The notes: a model not told the origin generated them from the letters alone. Counted from the stretch's first letter, positions 36,278-46,157 are shown. The stretch is DNA of 64,000 nucleotides from an uncultured Desulfovibrio sp. (GCF_944327235.1 NZ_CALVHE010000002.1:19089-83088); one strand, 5' to 3'. Program-made: numbers and translations.

Positions 36278-37687
36278 GTGGAATTTTTGGTTGATCTTTT
36301 GAAATCATTGCAAAGTATCGTCTGGGGTCCCATCATGCTCGTACTGCTGGTCGGTACGGGCCTGTATCTCAATTTCGGCCTCAAGTTTTACTCGTTCCGC
36401 AACTGGATCCGCGCGTATAAATGTCTGTGGGACGGTCGGGATCACAAGTCCGAACACGGGGAGATATCGCCCTGGAACGCGCTTATGACCGCCATCGCCG
36501 CCGACATCGGCACCGGCAACATCGTGGGCGTGGCCACGGCCATCGCCATCGGGGGGCCCGGCGCCCTGTTCTGGATGTGGATCACGGCCCTCGTGGGCAT
36601 GATGACCAAATTTTCCGAAGTGCTGCTTTCCGTGCACTTTCGCGAAAAGACTCCCGCCGGCAACTGGGTGGGCGGCGCCATGTACTTCATCAAGAACGGT
36701 CTGGGCAAAAACTGGACCTGGCTCGCCATCTGCTTCGCCGTGTTCGGGGCCTGCGCCTGTATCGGCACCGGCGCCATGGTGCAGGCCAATGCCGTATGCG
36801 GCAACCTGGTGAGCACGTTCGGCCTCAACAAGTATCTGGTGGCCGTGGTGCTGGTGATTTTGTGCGTGATGGTGCTGCTGGGCGGCGTCAAGCGCGTCGG
36901 CGCCGTGGCCGGCAAGCTCGTGCCCTTCATGGCCGGTTTCTACATCATCATGTGTCTCATCATCATCGGCCTGCACATCGACCGCGTGCCCTCCGTCTTC
37001 CTCTGGGTGGTGACGGACGCCTTCACGCCCACCGCGGCGCAGGGCGGCTTTGTGGGCGCCACTATTATGACGGCCATCCAGATGGGCATGGCCCGCGGCA
37101 TTTTCTCCAATGAAGCCGGCCTCGGCACGGCACCCATGGCGCATGCGGCCTCCACGGCGGAAAGCCCCCTGGTTCAGGCCTCCATCGGCATGCTGGACGT
37201 GTTCATCGACACCATCATCGTCTGCTCCATGACCGGTTTCGTGATCCTGGTCGCCGTTGTGCCCGAAACGCTGCCCGCCGGCGTGGCCGCCGGTGTGGCC
37301 GCCGGCGATCCCCTTTGGAGCAGCGGGCTCAATGGTGGGCAGCTCAGCGCCGTGGCTTTCGGATCCACGCTGGCAGGTTTCGGGGAGTACGGCGTGAGCA
37401 TCGCGCTGGCCCTTTTTGCCTTCACCACCACCCTCGGCTGGTGCGTCTACGGCGAACGCTGCGTCATCTTCCTTTTCGGCGACAAGGCCCAGGTCGCCTT
37501 CCGCATCGTGTATTGCCTTGCCGTGGGCGTGGGCGCCGTCATCGCGCTCGACATGGTGTGGCTCATCGCCGATACCTGCAATGCCCTCATGGCCTTCCCC
37601 AACCTCTTCGGTATCCTCTTCCTGAGTCCGGTGCTCTTCCAGATCGTCCGAGAAGAAGTGAAGAAGGACCCGCGCTTCGTCTGCTAG
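36278..37687 (+). CDS. Alanine/glycine:cation symporter (AGCS family)
   Basis: GTG 36278 preceded by GAGGAGG. 469 aa. WGPIMLVLLVGTGLYL, AIAIGGPGALFWMW and FSNEAGLG blocks are typical of AGCS. Confidence 0.88.
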   Translation: MEFLVDLLKSLQSIVWGPIMLVLLVGTGLYLNFGLKFYSFRNWIRAYKCLWDGRDHKSEHGEISPWNALMTAIAADIGTGNIVGVATAIAIGGPGALFWMWITALVGMMTKFSEVLLSVHFREKTPAGNWVGGAMYFIKNGLGKNWTWLAICFAVFGACACIGTGAMVQANAVCGNLVSTFGLNKYLVAVVLVILCVMVLLGGVKRVGAVAGKLVPFMAGFYIIMCLIIIGLHIDRVPSVFLWVVTDAFTPTAAQGGFVGATIMTAIQMGMARGIFSNEAGLGTAPMAHAASTAESPLVQASIGMLDVFIDTIIVCSMTGFVILVAVVPETLPAGVAAGVAAGDPLWSSGLNGGQLSAVAFGSTLAGFGEYGVSIALALFAFTTTLGWCVYGERCVIFLFGDKAQVAFRIVYCLAVGVGAVIALDMVWLIADTCNALMAFPNLFGILFLSPVLFQIVREEVKKDPRFVC

Positions 37688-37713
37688 CTCGTGCGGCAGT
37701 CAGCGTACTGATG

Positions 37714-37746
37714 AAAAGGGGGCGCCCGCCATGCGTCCCCTTTTTG
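37714..37746 (+). terminator. Rho-independent terminator after the AGCS gene
   Basis: AAAAGGGGGCGC-CCGCCAT-GCGTCCCCTTTTT. Confidence 0.7.
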
Positions 37747-37930
37747 ATGATCGCCGGCAGCCGCCGGCGGAAGGGCCTGCGGCGGCGCGCGGATGGATTC
37801 GCGTCAATGTGAAAAAAAGAGCAGCATATTTGTGGGGTTGAGCGCTTCACAAAAAGTTGCCGTTTTGGTATGTTTGCCTATGAGTCTCCGCTTTCGGCGG
37901 GACATTGTATGACGGCGGGGTGCGCCATTC

Positions 37931-38770
37931 ATGACAAGGAGGGGCAAGGCTTTGCAAAAACGCTATCTTCCCGTGACCATAGTGGTCGTGGTTCTGGCCG
38001 TCCTCGGCATAGGGGGCTATGCTGTGCCCCTGCTCATGCCGCAGGCGGCCCCGGTTTCGCCGCAGCGCATCCTGCTGCCCAATGCCGGCGGCGCCGTGGT
38101 CTTTGACCATAACGCGCATGCGGCCCTGCCCGACATGAGGTGCAGTACCTGTCATCATGACAGTCTGACGCCCCAACCGGACCCTGCCGCCGTGCGTTCC
38201 TGTGCGCAGTGCCACGGCCAGACCTTTGATGCGGCGTTCCGCAAGGAACACGTTACCCGCTACGACCCGGAAGCCTGCGTCACCTGTCACCATTACGAGC
38301 TTGCCCGCAAGGACTGGGGCCACAAGCGTCATGCCCGGGAAATGGGCCTTGATTGCCGGGACTGTCACCACAAGGATACCGGGATCGAGCCTGAACCGCA
38401 GAATTGCGCCGACTGCCACGAGACCGGCGTCGCTCCCACGCACAAGCCCGCCGAAGCCGGTACGCCGCCCAATCTGGCGGATGCCGTCCACGCCCGCTGC
38501 GTGACCTGTCACGAAGACCTGTTCGCCAAGAAGGTCAACGGCTGCGCCTCCTGCCACGATGTGAAGCCCATGCGGGAGCAGCCCGCCGAGGTCCGCAGCA
38601 AGGTGTCGCCGCTCTATGCCGATTGCGTCGTCTGTCATGAGGCGGGTGGGGACAAGCTGCTCCTGGGCCGCATGGACGCTTTCCACAAGCAGTGCATGGG
38701 CTGCCACGAGAGCGCCGGCAAGGGGCCGTTCAAGAAGGGGCAGTGCGCCCAGTGTCATACCTCGAAGTGA
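37931..38770 (+). CDS. dhcA: Membrane-anchored decaheme c-type cytochrome
   Basis: Ten CxxCH motifs counted (CSTCH, CAQCH, CVTCH, CRDCH, CADCH, CVTCH, CASCH, CVVCH, CMGCH, CAQCH). N-terminal TM anchor. Immediately upstream of rnfC, as in Desulfovibrio rnf loci. Confidence 0.9.
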   Translation: MTRRGKALQKRYLPVTIVVVVLAVLGIGGYAVPLLMPQAAPVSPQRILLPNAGGAVVFDHNAHAALPDMRCSTCHHDSLTPQPDPAAVRSCAQCHGQTFDAAFRKEHVTRYDPEACVTCHHYELARKDWGHKRHAREMGLDCRDCHHKDTGIEPEPQNCADCHETGVAPTHKPAEAGTPPNLADAVHARCVTCHEDLFAKKVNGCASCHDVKPMREQPAEVRSKVSPLYADCVVCHEAGGDKLLLGRMDAFHKQCMGCHESAGKGPFKKGQCAQCHTSK

Positions 38771-38777
38771 GGCGAGC

Positions 38778-40049
38778 ATGAAAGAACTTTTCCAGATGCT
38801 GCCGGATCCGCGATTCCATCTGGTCTACGGCATCACGCAGCGATTCAGCGAGGGGCCGAGCCCGCGGCAGGTGCGCCTCAACCGTGAGGGCTTCAAGCTC
38901 CTGGAGGGCATCAGCAAGAAAATGCTGGTGTATCCCCACCAAAAACTGGGGGTGCATCCCTCCCCGGCCAAGGGGGACGTGTTCTCGCCCATTTTCGGGA
39001 AAATAACGGAAGTCAACGAGCGCTCCATCTTCGTGGAGGCGGTGGAGCCGGACGAAGAGCTGCGCGCCGCCGCCCAGAGCGTGGAGAAGGTCGATCTGCT
39101 GGCCATGCCTGAGCGAGGCGGGGAGCTTGTGCCCATCCTCAAGGGATTGGGCCTCAATACCGGTTCGCTCGGTCAGGACTGCGAGACGCTCATCATCAAC
39201 GGGCTCAACCCCGATCCGGGCGTCACCTGGGCCGAGCCCATGCTGCTGGCGCATCAGCGCAATCTGCACAACGGGCTGGAGATGCTGCGCCGTCTCTCTC
39301 CGGCCAGGCGCATCCTGCTGGCCGTGCCCAAGGAGATACGCCTCCAGCATCATGATGTGGAGATCGTGCATGTGCCCTCCCATTATCCGGCCAGCGTCAA
39401 TGCGCTGGTCATCAAGGCCGTGACCGGCAAGGAACGGCCCGACGGCGTGGGCATCGTGGGACTGCACAACGTCTGGAGTCTCGGCCGGGTGGCCGTGACC
39501 GGCCTGCCGCTGACGGAGACGGTCATCACCATCGGCAGCTTCACCCATTCCGGCAACTACATCGTGAAGGAAGGCAGCATGATCGGTGAGCTGCTGGCCT
39601 TCGCCAACATCGAGTTTCGGGACGGGGATACGCTGGTACGCGGCGGCCCGCTGCGCGGCGAGAGCATCGAGAAACTCTCGCGCAGCGTCACCAAGGGCTC
39701 CACGGGCGTCTTTGTGGTGGAGGCGGGCAGCGTGCCCGTCATGGAAGGGCACAGCCCCTGCATCAACTGCGGAGCCTGCGTGCTGGTCTGTCCCGCCCGT
39801 CTGAGTCCCAACCTGCTGAGCCGCTATGCGGAGTTCGCCCTGCACGAACGGGCCCGCAAGGAATACGTGGAACAGTGTCTGGAATGCGGCCTCTGCGGCT
39901 ATGTCTGCATCGCGCGGCGTCCCGTCCTGCAGTATATCCGTCTGGCCAAGCACAAGCTGGCCGAGGCCGATGCCGTCCGGCGTCTGGAAGAACTGAAACC
40001 CGTCGGACAGGGTGAAGCCGCGTCCGGCGCCGCCCAAGGAGGCAACTGA
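38778..40049 (+). CDS. rnfC: Rnf complex subunit C
   Basis: Start ATG 38778 (MKELFQML). Two ferredoxin motifs, CINCGACVLVCP and CLECGLCGYVC. Position at the head of rnfDGEAB. Confidence 0.88.
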   Translation: MKELFQMLPDPRFHLVYGITQRFSEGPSPRQVRLNREGFKLLEGISKKMLVYPHQKLGVHPSPAKGDVFSPIFGKITEVNERSIFVEAVEPDEELRAAAQSVEKVDLLAMPERGGELVPILKGLGLNTGSLGQDCETLIINGLNPDPGVTWAEPMLLAHQRNLHNGLEMLRRLSPARRILLAVPKEIRLQHHDVEIVHVPSHYPASVNALVIKAVTGKERPDGVGIVGLHNVWSLGRVAVTGLPLTETVITIGSFTHSGNYIVKEGSMIGELLAFANIEFRDGDTLVRGGPLRGESIEKLSRSVTKGSTGVFVVEAGSVPVMEGHSPCINCGACVLVCPARLSPNLLSRYAEFALHERARKEYVEQCLECGLCGYVCIARRPVLQYIRLAKHKLAEADAVRRLEELKPVGQGEAASGAAQGGN

Positions 40050-41002
40050 TGACTAGCGCATCGTCTTCCGTTCTGCTGGCCATGAGCGCGCCGCCCTACT
40101 GGCATTGCGGGCGCAGCATCCGGCGGCAAAGTCTCTATATCCTGGCGGCCTTGTTGCCTGCCGTCTGCTTTGCCGTCTGGAACTGGGGCCTGCCCGCCGT
40201 GCGCGTCATGGCCTTGAGCGTCGCCGTCTGCGTGGCGGTGGAAGCTCTCTGTCAGAAACTCATGGGCCGTGAGCTGGCCGTGGACGATCTGACGGCCGTC
40301 TGTTCGGGGCTGCTGCTGGCCTTCCTGCTGCCGGCGGATTCCCCGTGGTGGCTGGTCGTCCTCGGCGCGGTCACCTCCATCACGTTGGGCAAGATGGCCT
40401 TCGGCGGTCTGGGAGCCAATCCGGTCAATACCGTCCTGGTGGGCTGGGCCGTGCTCTTCGTCTCCTTCCCCCTGCACATGGACGCCAATGCCGCCTCGCT
40501 GGGGACGACTTTCGTGGACCCGCTGGTGCGCCTCAAATTCTTCGGGGCCGAGCAGGCCGCCCACATCCCCCTGACGGATCTGCTGCTCGGCCGTCAGATC
40601 AACGGCCTCGGGGCCGGGCAGATCGGGGCGCTCTTTGTGGGCGGTTCCCTGCTCTGTATGCGGGGGATACTGCGCTGGCATTCGGCGCTGGGCTTCTTCC
40701 TCGGCGTGGCGGGCATAGCGGCCATCTTCCACGCGTCCGATCCCATGCTCCACGCCTCGCCGCTCTATCACCTCTGCACGGGTTCGGTCATGCTGGCCGG
40801 TTTCTTCCTGATCACCGACCCCGCCAACGCTCCGTCTCGTCCGCTGCCCATGTTCCTCTACGGGCTCATCGGCGGCGGGCTGGTCATGGCCATACGCAAA
40901 TACGGCGTCTACACGGACGGTACGCCCTTTGCCATCCTGCTGGTCAACATGCTGACCCCGCTTCTGGACATGATCCGTCCCAAACCTTTCGGAGTGCGCT
41001 AG
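40049..41002 (+). CDS. rnfD: Rnf complex subunit D
   Basis: 317-aa polytopic membrane protein of the NqrB/RnfD type, with operon context. Confidence 0.88.
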   Translation: MTSASSSVLLAMSAPPYWHCGRSIRRQSLYILAALLPAVCFAVWNWGLPAVRVMALSVAVCVAVEALCQKLMGRELAVDDLTAVCSGLLLAFLLPADSPWWLVVLGAVTSITLGKMAFGGLGANPVNTVLVGWAVLFVSFPLHMDANAASLGTTFVDPLVRLKFFGAEQAAHIPLTDLLLGRQINGLGAGQIGALFVGGSLLCMRGILRWHSALGFFLGVAGIAAIFHASDPMLHASPLYHLCTGSVMLAGFFLITDPANAPSRPLPMFLYGLIGGGLVMAIRKYGVYTDGTPFAILLVNMLTPLLDMIRPKPFGVR

Positions 41003-41003
41003 C

Positions 41004-41582
41004 ATGGGCGATATCCTACGCATGATCGTTGTGCTGTCGGCCCTGTGCGGCCTGAGCGGCTTTGCGCTTTCCTATCTCAAGATGGTGACGGCGCCGGGCA
41101 TCGAGGAGCAGGTGCTCACCTATGTGCAGGGGCCGGCCATCCACAAGGTCTTTACCGGACTGGACAACAACCCCATCGCTGACCGCAAGGCCTTTTCCCT
41201 GCCGGACGGCCGGGAAGTGCGCGTCTTTCCGGCGCGGCGCGGCGGCCTGCTGGTGGGGGTGGCCATCGAGGACAAGGGCAAGGGCTACGGCGGCGCGGTG
41301 GGCGTCATGGTCGGCTTCAACGTGGCGGACGATACGCTGGCGGGCATCGGCACGACCGACCTCAAGGAGACGCCCGGTCTCGGTATGCGCATCGCTGAAC
41401 CCGCCTTTACCGGGCAGTTCATCGGCAAGCCGCTGCCGGTGGCCCTCAAGGCGCAGGGCGGCGGCATCGACGCCGTTTCCGGGGCGACCATCTCCTCCGC
41501 CGGCGCGGTGACGGCCGTCAACAACGCCGCCGCCGTCTACAAGGCCCTCAAGGCCGAAATCCTCAAGACGTGGGGCAAATAG
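41004..41582 (+). CDS. rnfG: Rnf complex subunit G
   Basis: N-terminal anchor and the DAVSGATISS FMN-attachment motif. Confidence 0.88.
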   Translation: MGDILRMIVVLSALCGLSGFALSYLKMVTAPGIEEQVLTYVQGPAIHKVFTGLDNNPIADRKAFSLPDGREVRVFPARRGGLLVGVAIEDKGKGYGGAVGVMVGFNVADDTLAGIGTTDLKETPGLGMRIAEPAFTGQFIGKPLPVALKAQGGGIDAVSGATISSAGAVTAVNNAAAVYKALKAEILKTWGK

Positions 41583-41591
41583 GAGGGCACC

Positions 41592-42260
41592 ATGAGCGTC
41601 ATGCACGAATTCACCAAGGGCCTCTGGCAGGATCTGCCGCCCTTCCGGCTGGTGCTGGGCCTCTGTCCCACGCTGGCCGTGACCAGCTCGGCCAATAACG
41701 GTCTGGGCATGGGGGCTGCCGTCATCTTCGTCCTCGTGCTCTCCAACATGCTCATCTCCATGGTGCGCGGCATCATCCCCAAAAAGGTGCGCATCGCCTG
41801 CTTCATCGTCATCGCGGCCTCGCTGGTGGTGGCGGTGGAGCTGCTCATGCAGGCCTATGCCTATCCGCTCTATCAGCAGCTCGGTATCTTCGTGCCGCTC
41901 ATCGTGGTGAACTGCATCATCCTGGCCCGTGCCGAAGCCTTTGCCGCCAAGAACGGCGTGGCCGCTTCGGTGGCCGACGGCCTGGGCATCGGGCTGGGCT
42001 TTACCCTGTCCCTGACCTTCCTTGGCTCGCTGCGCGAGATCCTCGGCAACGGGACCTGGTTCGGTATCCCCATCATGTGGGAAGGCTTCGAGCCCTTCCG
42101 CATCATGGTGCAGGCGCCGGGGGCCTTCATCTGTCTGGGGCTCATCCTCGCGGGCATGAACGTCATCAATGTCTGGCAGGCGCGGCGCAAGGGCCTTCGG
42201 GAGCCTGATCCCGTGGGCTGCAGCGGCTGCGGGTGCTGTTCGCTCGACAAGAAGGACTGA
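41592..42260 (+). CDS. rnfE: Rnf complex subunit E
   Basis: Six-TM NqrD/RnfE-type protein (LGLCPTLAVT, IFVPLIVVNCIIL). Confidence 0.88.
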   Translation: MSVMHEFTKGLWQDLPPFRLVLGLCPTLAVTSSANNGLGMGAAVIFVLVLSNMLISMVRGIIPKKVRIACFIVIAASLVVAVELLMQAYAYPLYQQLGIFVPLIVVNCIILARAEAFAAKNGVAASVADGLGIGLGFTLSLTFLGSLREILGNGTWFGIPIMWEGFEPFRIMVQAPGAFICLGLILAGMNVINVWQARRKGLREPDPVGCSGCGCCSLDKKD

Positions 42261-42272
42261 TAGGAGACGGGT

Positions 42273-42848
42273 ATGGAAATCTTCCAGCTGTTCATTGCCG
42301 CCATCTTCGTCAACAACATCGTCCTTGCGCAGTATCTGGGCAACTGCCCCTATCTGGGCTGTTCCAAGGAAAAGAGCGTGGCGCTGGGCATGGGCGGCGC
42401 GGTGATCTTCGTCATCGTCGTCTCCACGCTCTGCACCTGGCTCATGCAGAGATACGTGCTGGCGCCCTACGGCCTCGGCTATCTGCAGACCATCGTCTTC
42501 ATCGTGGTCATCGCCTCGCTGGTGCAGTTCGTGGAGATGTTCCTCAAGAAGATGGTGCCGCCGCTCTACGCGGCGCTGGGCATCTTTTTGCCGCTCATCA
42601 CCACCAACTGCGCGGTCATGGGGGTGGCCATCCTCGTGCAGCGCGAGGAATACGACCTCATGACCTCGCTCTTGTACGGCCTCGCTTCCGGCATGGGCTT
42701 CACGCTGGCCCTGCTGCTCATGGCGGGCATCCGGGAGCGTCTGGACACCTGCCGTCTGCCCAAGGCGCTGGCAGGCACGCCCATCGCGCTGATCATGGCC
42801 GGGCTCATGTCGCTGGCCTTCATGGGCTTCAAGGGTATGGCGCAGTAG
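42273..42848 (+). CDS. rnfA: Rnf complex subunit A
   Basis: NqrE/RnfA-type protein (FVNNIVLAQYLG.CP, IFLPLITTNCAV). Confidence 0.88.
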   Translation: MEIFQLFIAAIFVNNIVLAQYLGNCPYLGCSKEKSVALGMGGAVIFVIVVSTLCTWLMQRYVLAPYGLGYLQTIVFIVVIASLVQFVEMFLKKMVPPLYAALGIFLPLITTNCAVMGVAILVQREEYDLMTSLLYGLASGMGFTLALLLMAGIRERLDTCRLPKALAGTPIALIMAGLMSLAFMGFKGMAQ

Positions 42849-42891
42849 CGCCGTCCGAACACGCCGCCTGCGGGCGGATGAGGATTCTGCT

Positions 42892-43776
42892 ATGGTGACG
42901 ACATCCATCATCATCCTTTTCGGGCTGGGGCTGCTGGCCTCGGTGGTGCTGGCCGTGGCTTCGCGCGTCTTCTACATCAAGGAGGACCCGCGCGTGGAGG
43001 CCGTGCTCGAAGTGCTGCCGGGAGCCAATTGCGGCGGTTGCGGTTTTGCCGGTTGCGAAGGTTACGCCGCCGCCGTGGTCAATGATCCCAAGATCCCGGC
43101 CAATAGTTGTTGCGCCGGCGGCGCACAGACCAGCATCGCCGTGGGCGAGCTGACCGGCAAGACCGTGTCCGAGGCCGAGCCGCTCATGTCCTTGCGACGT
43201 TGCGACAAGGTGGCGGGCAATGTGGCCCTGCGCTATCAGTACCAGGGGATGCCCTCCTGCGCGGCGGCCGCCATGCTGCGCGGCGGCGTGGACAACTGCC
43301 GGTATTCCTGTCTCGGCTTCGGCGACTGCGTGGTGGGCTGCCCCTTTGAGGCCATGCGGATCGTGGACGGGCTCGTGCAGGTGGATGCCCGCAAGTGCAT
43401 CGGTTGCGGGCGCTGCGTCCAGACCTGCCCGCGCGGCGTGCTGGAGCTCGTGCCCAAGCGGGCCCGTGTGGCCGTGTATTGCAATACTCGCGACAAGCTG
43501 CGCGCCGTGACCGACATCTGCGACAGCGGTTGCATCAAGTGCTGCAAGTGCGTCAAGGCCTGCCCGGCCAAGGCTGTACGGCTGGAAAACGCGCGCATCG
43601 TCATTGATCAGCTGCAATGTCTTTCCTACGGCGGCGAGTGCAACGAGGCCTGCGTGGCCGGTTGTCCGCGGCATATCTTCCGGTACACGCGGGGCATCAT
43701 GGAGGAAATCCGCCCCGTCTCCGGGATTATCCCCCAGACCAGCCCCGCCGCCCCCCAGGCGTCCGCGCAGGAGTAA
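42892..43776 (+). CDS. rnfB: Rnf complex subunit B (polyferredoxin)
   Basis: N-terminal anchor, LPGANCGGCGFAGC motif and several CxxCxxCxxxCP clusters. Confidence 0.88.
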   Translation: MVTTSIIILFGLGLLASVVLAVASRVFYIKEDPRVEAVLEVLPGANCGGCGFAGCEGYAAAVVNDPKIPANSCCAGGAQTSIAVGELTGKTVSEAEPLMSLRRCDKVAGNVALRYQYQGMPSCAAAAMLRGGVDNCRYSCLGFGDCVVGCPFEAMRIVDGLVQVDARKCIGCGRCVQTCPRGVLELVPKRARVAVYCNTRDKLRAVTDICDSGCIKCCKCVKACPAKAVRLENARIVIDQLQCLSYGGECNEACVAGCPRHIFRYTRGIMEEIRPVSGIIPQTSPAAPQASAQE

Positions 43777-43780
43777 TGCC

Positions 43781-44794
43781 ATGCTGAAGCCAACTTCCCT
43801 TTTTCGTCCCCTTGCCGCCCGGTGCGGGCGGCGCGACTTTCTGCGCGGTCTGCTGCTGGGCGGCGGCGCGCTGGCCGGCATGAGTCTGCTGCCCGCGCCG
43901 GTCAGGGCCCTTACCCTGCCGGAGACCGGCCCTTATGCGCGCACGGAGCTGTTCATGGGCACCTTCGTGCGGGTGCAGATTGCCGGATGCACTCAGGCGC
44001 AGGCCTCCGAGGCCGCGGAACGTGCGCTGACGCTCGGGCGGCGGCTGGCCTCGCTGTATGACCGCCATGACGGCGGCTCTCCGCTGAGCGTGCTCAATGG
44101 GCAGGGTACGCTCGACGCGGCCCCCGCCGAACTGTGTTCCCTGCTGGAACTGGCGGCGGACATTCATGCCCGCACGCCGCAATTTGACGTCAGTGTGCTG
44201 CCGCTTCTGCAATGGCGGCAGGCCGCGCAGGCCGACACGGCGGCGCCTCGTGATGTGCGCGAGCTGGTGGATGCCCGTGCCATCCGCGTGGACGGCCGGC
44301 GCATCCGCCTGTTGCGGCAGGGCATGGGCATTACGCTGGACGGCATCGCCAAGGGGGCGGTGGTGGACGCCGTTTCCGCCGAACTGCTCCGCTGCGGCTG
44401 CCCCGACCATCTGGTGGACGCGGGCGGCGACATCGTGGCCCGTGGAACCGCCGACGGCGGCAGGCCCTGGATCGTTGCGGTGGAGGACCCCGCAAAGCGC
44501 GGCGATTATCCCGCCATCCTGCCGCTGCGTGATCAGGCCATTGCCACGTCCGGCAACTATGAACAACCTGACGGCCATTTGTGCGATCCCCGCAACGGCG
44601 AGTTCTCCCGCCTGCGCTCGTGCAGCGTACTGGCTGCCCGCTGCGGTCTCGCGGACGCCCTGGCCACGGGACTGTCGCTGCTGCCGGCCGCAAGCGTGGC
44701 CGTCGGAGCGGCGGAGCATGGCGCGGCGAGCTTTGCCGTGGACGCCGGGGGGAACACGGCATGTTCGCCCGGTTGGCTGGTTCGGGGGGCGTGA
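43781..44794 (+). CDS. apbE: FAD:protein FMN transferase (ApbE), Tat-exported
   Basis: Start ATG 43781. RRDFLRGLLLGGGALAG twin-arginine signal. ApbE blocks (MGT.V.., GIAKG, ATSG.YE). Confidence 0.88.
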   Translation: MLKPTSLFRPLAARCGRRDFLRGLLLGGGALAGMSLLPAPVRALTLPETGPYARTELFMGTFVRVQIAGCTQAQASEAAERALTLGRRLASLYDRHDGGSPLSVLNGQGTLDAAPAELCSLLELAADIHARTPQFDVSVLPLLQWRQAAQADTAAPRDVRELVDARAIRVDGRRIRLLRQGMGITLDGIAKGAVVDAVSAELLRCGCPDHLVDAGGDIVARGTADGGRPWIVAVEDPAKRGDYPAILPLRDQAIATSGNYEQPDGHLCDPRNGEFSRLRSCSVLAARCGLADALATGLSLLPAASVAVGAAEHGAASFAVDAGGNTACSPGWLVRGA

Positions 44795-44827
44795 CGCGCT
44801 TCGGCAGCGGTCATACGGTGACAAGTA

Positions 44828-44856
44828 AAGGGAGGCTTCGCGGCCTCCCTTTTCTT
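44828..44856 (+). terminator. Rho-independent terminator of the rnf-apbE operon
   Basis: AAGGGAGGC-TTCGC-GGCCTCCCTT followed by TTCTT. Confidence 0.75.
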
Positions 44857-44989
44857 GTCCGCTGCGGGGGAGACCTTCCGCACGGACGGCGCGGTCTTTC
44901 CGCCTTGTCAATATTCTAGGAATATTCTAGAAAAAGGGACATCGCCCACCGGGGCAGACGCTCCGTTCCCCAGAAAAGAGAAAATTGCC

Positions 44990-45862
44990 ATGTCGCGTTC
45001 CAAACGAAAATCTTCCGAACGGCGGAAAGCTCCCTCCGCCGGTACGCCTGCCGTCGTTTCTCCCGCTGTCTGCAATGAAGCGGCGTCCCTCACGCCCGAT
45101 AACGCCACGGACGCGCCGTGCAACAGCGCTTCGCTCCCCCTGCCGGGAGACATCCCGCCGTCCGCGGCGGCGAACAGGCGGGGAGGCGTCTCCGGGCTCA
45201 CCTGTGCGCTTTGCTGCGGCATATGCCTGCTGGGCGGCATGTTCCTGGGGAACCTCCTTCCCCATGCCCTTGACAGGCAGGAGGATGCGGCGTCCCGGAC
45301 CGTGGCGTCCCAGCCCGCACCGGCAGCGTCCAAGGCCGATGCGGGAGCGCCGCCCTCCGATCCGGCTCCGGCAGCCGTCGCCGCCGTACAGGAAAAGGCG
45401 ATGCAGGCGGCCCCGCCGGTGAACGCGAGCCGGGAGGCGTTGGAACACATCGGCCATCTGGAGAAGCGGCTTGCCGCCAACCCGCAGGATGTGGACGGCT
45501 GGACGGAGCTCGGCAATGCCTATTTCGATACGCATCAGCCCCTCAAGGCCATCAACGCTTACGAGCGCTCGCTGGCTCTGCGGCCCGGCGATCCCAACGT
45601 GCTGACCGATCTGGGCATCATGTATCGGGAAAGCGGCCAGCTCGGGCAGGCGCTGGAGTGCTTCGACCGGGCCATGCGCGCCGATCCTGCGCACGAGAAT
45701 GCCCGCTTCAACAAGGGGGTCATCCTGCTTTTCGACTTGCATCAACACGCCGAGGCCAAGGCGGTCTGGCAGGAACTCCTGCGTATGAATCCCCGGGCAA
45801 CGGCCCCGGACGGAACGGCACTGCGTACGCTCATCGAACAATGCGACAAGCCGTTGCCCTAG
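44990..45862 (+). CDS. Membrane-anchored TPR repeat protein
   Basis: Start ATG 44990 with a basic N-terminus, one TM (LTCALCCGICLLGGMFLGNLL), and a C-terminal run of three or four TPR units (WTELGNAYFDT...AINAYERSLALRP...). Confidence 0.75.
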   Translation: MSRSKRKSSERRKAPSAGTPAVVSPAVCNEAASLTPDNATDAPCNSASLPLPGDIPPSAAANRRGGVSGLTCALCCGICLLGGMFLGNLLPHALDRQEDAASRTVASQPAPAASKADAGAPPSDPAPAAVAAVQEKAMQAAPPVNASREALEHIGHLEKRLAANPQDVDGWTELGNAYFDTHQPLKAINAYERSLALRPGDPNVLTDLGIMYRESGQLGQALECFDRAMRADPAHENARFNKGVILLFDLHQHAEAKAVWQELLRMNPRATAPDGTALRTLIEQCDKPLP

Positions 45863-45867
45863 GGCGC

Positions 45868-46157
45868 GTCAATACAAATTTTATAAATAATTTCAATAGA
45901 TAAAACTACAAGCTGTACACGCTCCGCTTGCCCTTGAGGCAGGGGAGCCTCGAGTCCCCGACTCTTCTCTCAGTAAAAGCGCGCTGGGGAAAGGATGGGG
46001 GGCTTGGGGGGAAGGGCACTCGCTCCCGCGCCGGCGGCGACCGAAAGGCGGCTGCGGACCGTGCTCGTTGGGCGACACGGAAGCCTCTCGAGCATCGAGG
46101 GCAGAGCGGGGGGCTCCCTTTCCTCCAAACAGGCAGCAAATAGTGTCAATAGGCCCT
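45868..46157 (+). repeat. Repeat family R2, longest copy (c3)
   Basis: AT-rich head CAATACAAATTTTATAAATAATTTCAATAGATAAAAC, a GC-rich purine/pyrimidine-tract body, and tail AAACAGGCAGCAAATAGTGTCAATAGGCCCT. CCCTAGGG is present just outside or overlapping both ends. Confidence 0.65.
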
